From: the human T2T-CHM13v2.0 reference genome, Homo sapiens
Assembly (NCBI RefSeq): GCF_009914755.1
Contig: NC_060926.1
Length of the DNA stretch: 64,000 bases
Direction: 5' to 3' (one strand)
Both the position numbers and the translations under genes were made by a program. The notes beneath the pieces were generated by a model. It ran no database searches, had not been told where the DNA came from, and saw only the letters and a program-made list of their open reading frames with translations. Positions 57,365 to 64,000 of this stretch are shown in pieces (positions within the stretch are counted from its first letter, which is position 1; each line of letters starts with the position of its first letter).

Positions 57365-57924
57365 GGACTAGCTCTCAGGACATTTGACTTGCACTGTAGC
57401 TACTCGGTTGTGTGTTTTATCTAGTCCATGGTTTCCTGAAGTATTTTCCATTGAACAGAAGTTCTTTAGATTGTTAATAGATGCTATATAACAAACGGGT
57501 TTGGTGATCACATTCTTTTGGGAAACTCTGAGCTTCTCTATGGCAGAACTTCTTAGAGTAATAAACATGCTCGTGAGAATTATGAACCACCTACAGAAGA
57601 AATGATATATGGTACCATGTTCCCTCATGTCTTTGATCATAGAACCTTATTTTTGAGTTGTATTTTGCAGGACTTCTGAAGAACACACTTCAGAAGACAC
57701 TATGCTAGACAATAAGCTCTTTGAGAGCCAAGACCTTACTATATCTATTTGTTCATATATTCCCTAGAGAACTCCAAAGAATATTTTGGTTCTAGTAGGT
57801 ATTCAATACACTTCAATAAGTACAGACTAAGTTGAAGGGATTCCAGGTACAAAAGTGAAAGGGCAGGAAAGCAGGGGTCATATTTAGGAACACTTGATTT
57901 AGTGGGGCAATAAATGATGAGGAG

Positions 57925-58125
57925 AAATCCTATAAACAATTATGTACCAACAAATTAGATAATTTATTCATAGAAAGATACAAGCTAACAAAAATTAACT
58001 CAAGAAGAAATAAACAATTTGAATAGGTCATAACAAGTAAATACATTTAATTAATAATAAAAAAAGCCAATCACCAAGAAAATCCTGGGCCCAGATGGCT
58101 TCACCACTGAATTATAACAAATAAA
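57925..58125 (+). mobile_element. L1 ORF2 fragment
   Basis: aactcaagaagaaataaacaatttgaatagg...ggcccagatggcttcaccactgaatt. Confidence 0.75.
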
Positions 58126-58724
58126 GGTACAGTAGGTACCATCAAGCCTGTGGATGGACGAATGGGAACTTTACCCATCAGTAATGGACTGCTAAAGGTT
58201 AGAAGAGGAGAATGACACAGTCAGGGCAGGCCAAATTCCTCTTTCCAAACAGAGATGCTGCTGACCTGCCTGGATCATCGACACTCCTAAACTGGGCTGG
58301 GCCAGATTGGTTCTGGATGTACTGGACACAGGTTCTGTGACATGCACTGTTTGATCAGACATGAAATTCAAGGCTGTGAGGTAGTCTCATCGTTCTGAGC
58401 AGGAATGTGGTATCAGAAATAGTCATAAATATCCTAAATCCCCAAATCGCCAGCAACAGGGCCTTAATACCACCCACTGGTCTAGAAATTAGTCTGAAAG
58501 TAGGTTATGCTGGTATGAAGTGGGCAGCTACCTGTTGCTTCAGGAAACTGATGTTACTTTGGCTAAATCAGGACAGGCTTGCTTTCATAATTTTTACTAA
58601 GGAATCAAAGCTTCTCAGAAAAATGTGACCAAAGCTCATCTCAAACTATAGCCATAAACATCACCCAAAATTGTCTTAAATATTACAAAATTCCCAAATG
58701 AGCTTTCTCCCTATACCTCTCCTT

Positions 58725-59679
<955 letters not shown>

Positions 59680-60100
59680 TATTGATCATTTTCTATGCTC
59701 CAAATGCTGACCTAGGCTCTGGGGATTGAGCAGTAAACAAAGTCCTGCCCTCATGGAACCTATGTTCTAGAGAAGGAGACAGATAATGAGCAAATAGATA
59801 TGTAATAGCGGTGGTAGATGCTTTGTAGAAAAAGAGTCAAGGGCTAGAGAGTGGTAGCGCTGCTACTTTAGATAGGGTGGCTAGGCAACCAGGTTTCTCA
59901 GAAGCCATCACATTTTATTAAAAACCTGAAAGCAAGAGGAAACTTCACAGATATGTAGGGGAGGGTTGTTCTGGACAGAGGGAACCACAGGTACAAAGAC
60001 TCTGAGATGTGAATGTGCTTCAGGTATGAAAAAAAAAAGGAAGCCAGAATGCAGCTCAATATACCAGGGGTGCCTAGTAGGAGATAAGGTTGGAGGAAAG
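59680..60100 (-). mobile_element. L2 fragment
   Basis: ctaggctctgggga...cagtaaacaaagtcctgccctcatggaacctatgttctag. Confidence 0.7.
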
Positions 60101-60313
60101 GTGGGTGCTATCATCTGAATATTTGTGTCTCCAACCCCCCAAATTCATATGTTGAATCCTAACCCCTAAGGTGCTGGTATTAGGAAACGAGACCTTTGAG
60201 GGCCAGACAGTTGCAGTTACTATTTTTTTTTTAACAATAGTGATATCATATTGTCAGCTTCTCTCACTTACCTAGATAGCAAATTTTAGATTCTTTAAAA
60301 AAATTAAACTTTT

Positions 60314-61105
<792 letters not shown>

Positions 61106-61439
61106 TAAATAAACTTTTAATTTTGAGATCATTGTAGATTCATATGTTGTAAAAAATAATTCAGAGAAATCCTATGTACATTTTACCCAGTTTCCCCAAG
61201 TGTTAACATCTTGCAAAGTTAAACTATAGTATCACAACCAGGATACTGACATTGATACAGAATATTTCCATCACCACAAGGATCCCTCACGTTGCCCTTT
61301 TATAGCCACGCCCACTTTAGTAGGCTTGAGCCCGGGAGGAAGAGGTTGCAGTGAGCCGAGATCACACTGCTGCACTCCAGCCTGGGTGACAGAGCAAGAA
61401 CTGTCTCAAAAAGAGAAAAAAAAGAAAAAAAAGGAGGGG

Positions 61440-61651
61440 TATTAGGGAGCTTGCTAGCCCCTCTCCCCTGCCACTATGTGAGGACACACAAAGGCACCAT
61501 TAATGAAAAATGAGCCCTCACCAGATACCTAATCTGCTGGTGCCTTGATTTTGGACTTCCCAGCCTCCAGAACGGTGGACAATGAATATTTGTTGTTTAT
61601 AAATTACCCAGTCTAAGGTATTTTGTTATAGCAACCCAAATGACTAAGACA
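61440..61651 (+). mobile_element. MLT1A/MSTD-like MaLR LTR 3' half (a 5' piece lies at about 60105-60200)
   Basis: ccttgattttggacttcccagcctccagaac...ataaattacccagtctaaggtattttgttatagca...ctaagaca. Confidence 0.75.
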
Positions 61652-62900
61652 ATGCATAAAGCTGCTATAAACGTTTGTGTACAGGGTTTAGGGTGGACAT
61701 TCAGTTTTCATTTCTCTGACATGAATGCTTAGGAGTGCTATTGCTGTGTCCTATGGTAGTTGCATGTTCAGTTTTTTAAGAAACTGCTAAACTGTTTTTC
61801 CAAAGTGGCTGTACCATTTTACATTTGTGGCAGCATGTATGAGTGATATATTTTCTCTACATCCTTGTCAGCATTGGTATTGTCTTGTCACTATTTTTTA
61901 AATTTTAGCCATTCTATTATGTGTGTGTAGTGATATCTCTTTGTAGTTTTTTTTTCTTTATTCTTTAAGAGACAGAGTTTTGCTCTGTCACCTAGGCTGG
62001 AGTACAGTGATGTGAGAGTTCTTTATATAGTCGAGATACTAGTACTTTGTTGAATATGTAGTTTGCAAATATTTTCTCCCAGTCTGTAACTTGTCTTTCC
62101 ATCTTCTTTACGAAGTTTTTTTGCAGAGCAAAAGTTTTAAATTTTAATAAAGTCCAATTTACCAATTTTTCATTTTATAGATTGGCTTTAGAAAGCTAGG
62201 CTGGGCACAGTGGCTCATGCCTGTAATCCCAGCACTTCAGGAGGTCAAGGCACTCCAGCCTGGGCAACGGAGAAAGACCCTATCTTACAAAGAAAAAAAC
62301 AAAAAACAAAAGAATCTTTACCTCACTTTCAATTTTTTAATTTTTATTTATTTATTTTTGAGACAGAGTCTCCTCTGTTGCCCAGGTTGGAGTGCAGTGA
62401 CACAATCTTGGCTCACTGCAGCCTTGACCTCCTGGGCTCAGGCAATCCTCCCACTTCAGCCTCCCCAGTAGCTGGGACTACAGGCACATGACACCATGCC
62501 TGGCTAATTTTTGTATTTTTAATAAAGACTGGGTTTCACCATGTTGCCCAGGCTGGTCTTGAACTCCTGGGCCCATGTCATCTACCCTCTGGCCTCCCAA
62601 AGTGCTGACATGACATGCATGAGCCACTGTGCCCGGCCCTCACCTTAGATCTTGCAGATTTTCTCCTAATTATTTTTCCTAAAAAGTTTTACTGTTTTAT
62701 GCCTTACATTTAAGTCCATGGTCCATTTTAATTTTTGTATATTGTATAAGGTGTGAGACTCAGGTTCATTATTTTGTCTTTGAATGTCCAATTTACTCCA
62801 GGACCATTGGTTGAAAATGCTGTCTTTTCTCCATTGAATTGCTTTTGCATATTTGTCAAAATTCAGATGGGTATATTGTGTGTGCCTATTTCTGGGTTCC

Positions 62901-63042
62901 TTCTATTCTATTCTATTCTATTCTATTCTATTCTATTCTATTCTATTCTATTCTATTCTTTCTATTCTATTCTATTCTATTCTATTCTATTCTATTCTAT
63001 TCTATTCTATTCTATTCTATTCTATTCTATTCTATTCTATTC
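62901..63042 (+). repeat. (TTCTA/ATTCT)n pentanucleotide microsatellite, 11 + TTCT + 16 units
   Basis: Counted directly from the sequence. Confidence 0.95.
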
Positions 63043-63300
63043 GTCTGTATCTCTATCCCTCTGCCAGTGCCACATGGTATTGATTGCTGTAGCTATATAA
63101 TTAAATCTTGAAATTGGGTAGACTGATTCTTCCCACTTTATTTTTCTTTTACAAAATTGTTTTAGCTATTCTAGGTCCTTTGCATTTCCATCTAAATTTT
63201 AAAACAATCTTGTCTATCTACAGGAAATCTTACTAGAATTTTGATAGGATTTGCATTAAACTTGTATATCAATTTGGGTGAGAATTGACATCTTTACTAA

Positions 63301-63689
<389 letters not shown>

Positions 63690-64000
63690 TGATCTGCCCA
63701 CCTTGGCCTCCCAAAGTGTTAGGATTACAGATTTGAGCCACTGCGCTAGGCCATAAATCATTTTTAATTTTGGTGTTCACACGTTTATTGCCAGCATATA
63801 GAAATGCAATTGATTTTTGTGTTTATCTTATATTCTATAATCTTGCTGAACATACTTATTACTTCTAGGAGGGTTTTTGTTTTTTTTCTGTAGAGTCCTT
63901 AGGATTTTCTATGTAGACAGTCATGTCATCTGCAAATAGGAACAGTTTTATTTCTTCCATTCCAATCTGTATGCTTTCTTTCCTTTCCTTGCTTATTGCA

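Noticed and set aside
62753-63111. ORFs with YSILF repeats
   Set aside because: Translation of the ATTCT microsatellite.

Overview
Primate (very probably human or great ape) non-coding genomic DNA. It is extremely Alu-rich (dozens of AluJ/S/Y copies) and also carries old L1M and L2 fragments, hAT-type MITEs (MER33, MER1B, MER3, MER20) and an unusual density of ERV LTRs. No protein-coding exon can be supported; the supplied ORFs are Alu, L1, LTR or microsatellite read-throughs. Repeat subfamily names are recalled from memory of consensus sequences and were not aligned; target-site duplications (TSDs) and junctions were read directly from the sequence. The most interesting signal is a set of fossilised reverse-transcription and RNA-capture events. 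(1) A HERV-K(HML-6)/LTR3 insertion (24923-25436) looks like captured plus-strand strong-stop DNA: possible unprocessed U3 end, LTR, PBS, read-through of the tRNA-Lys3 primer to its anticodon loop, then a microhomology jump back into U3, inside an 8-bp direct repeat. (2) A tailless 28S rRNA retro-fragment has a 13-bp TSD (43356-43443). (3) Two short LTR R-region transcripts (MST and MER41) appear to have been retroposed by L1. The window also holds a two-LTR non-autonomous ERV1 provirus with a tRNA-Ser PBS (28809-34199), nested LTR stacks, a strong CTCF motif and long TA and ATTCT microsatellites.
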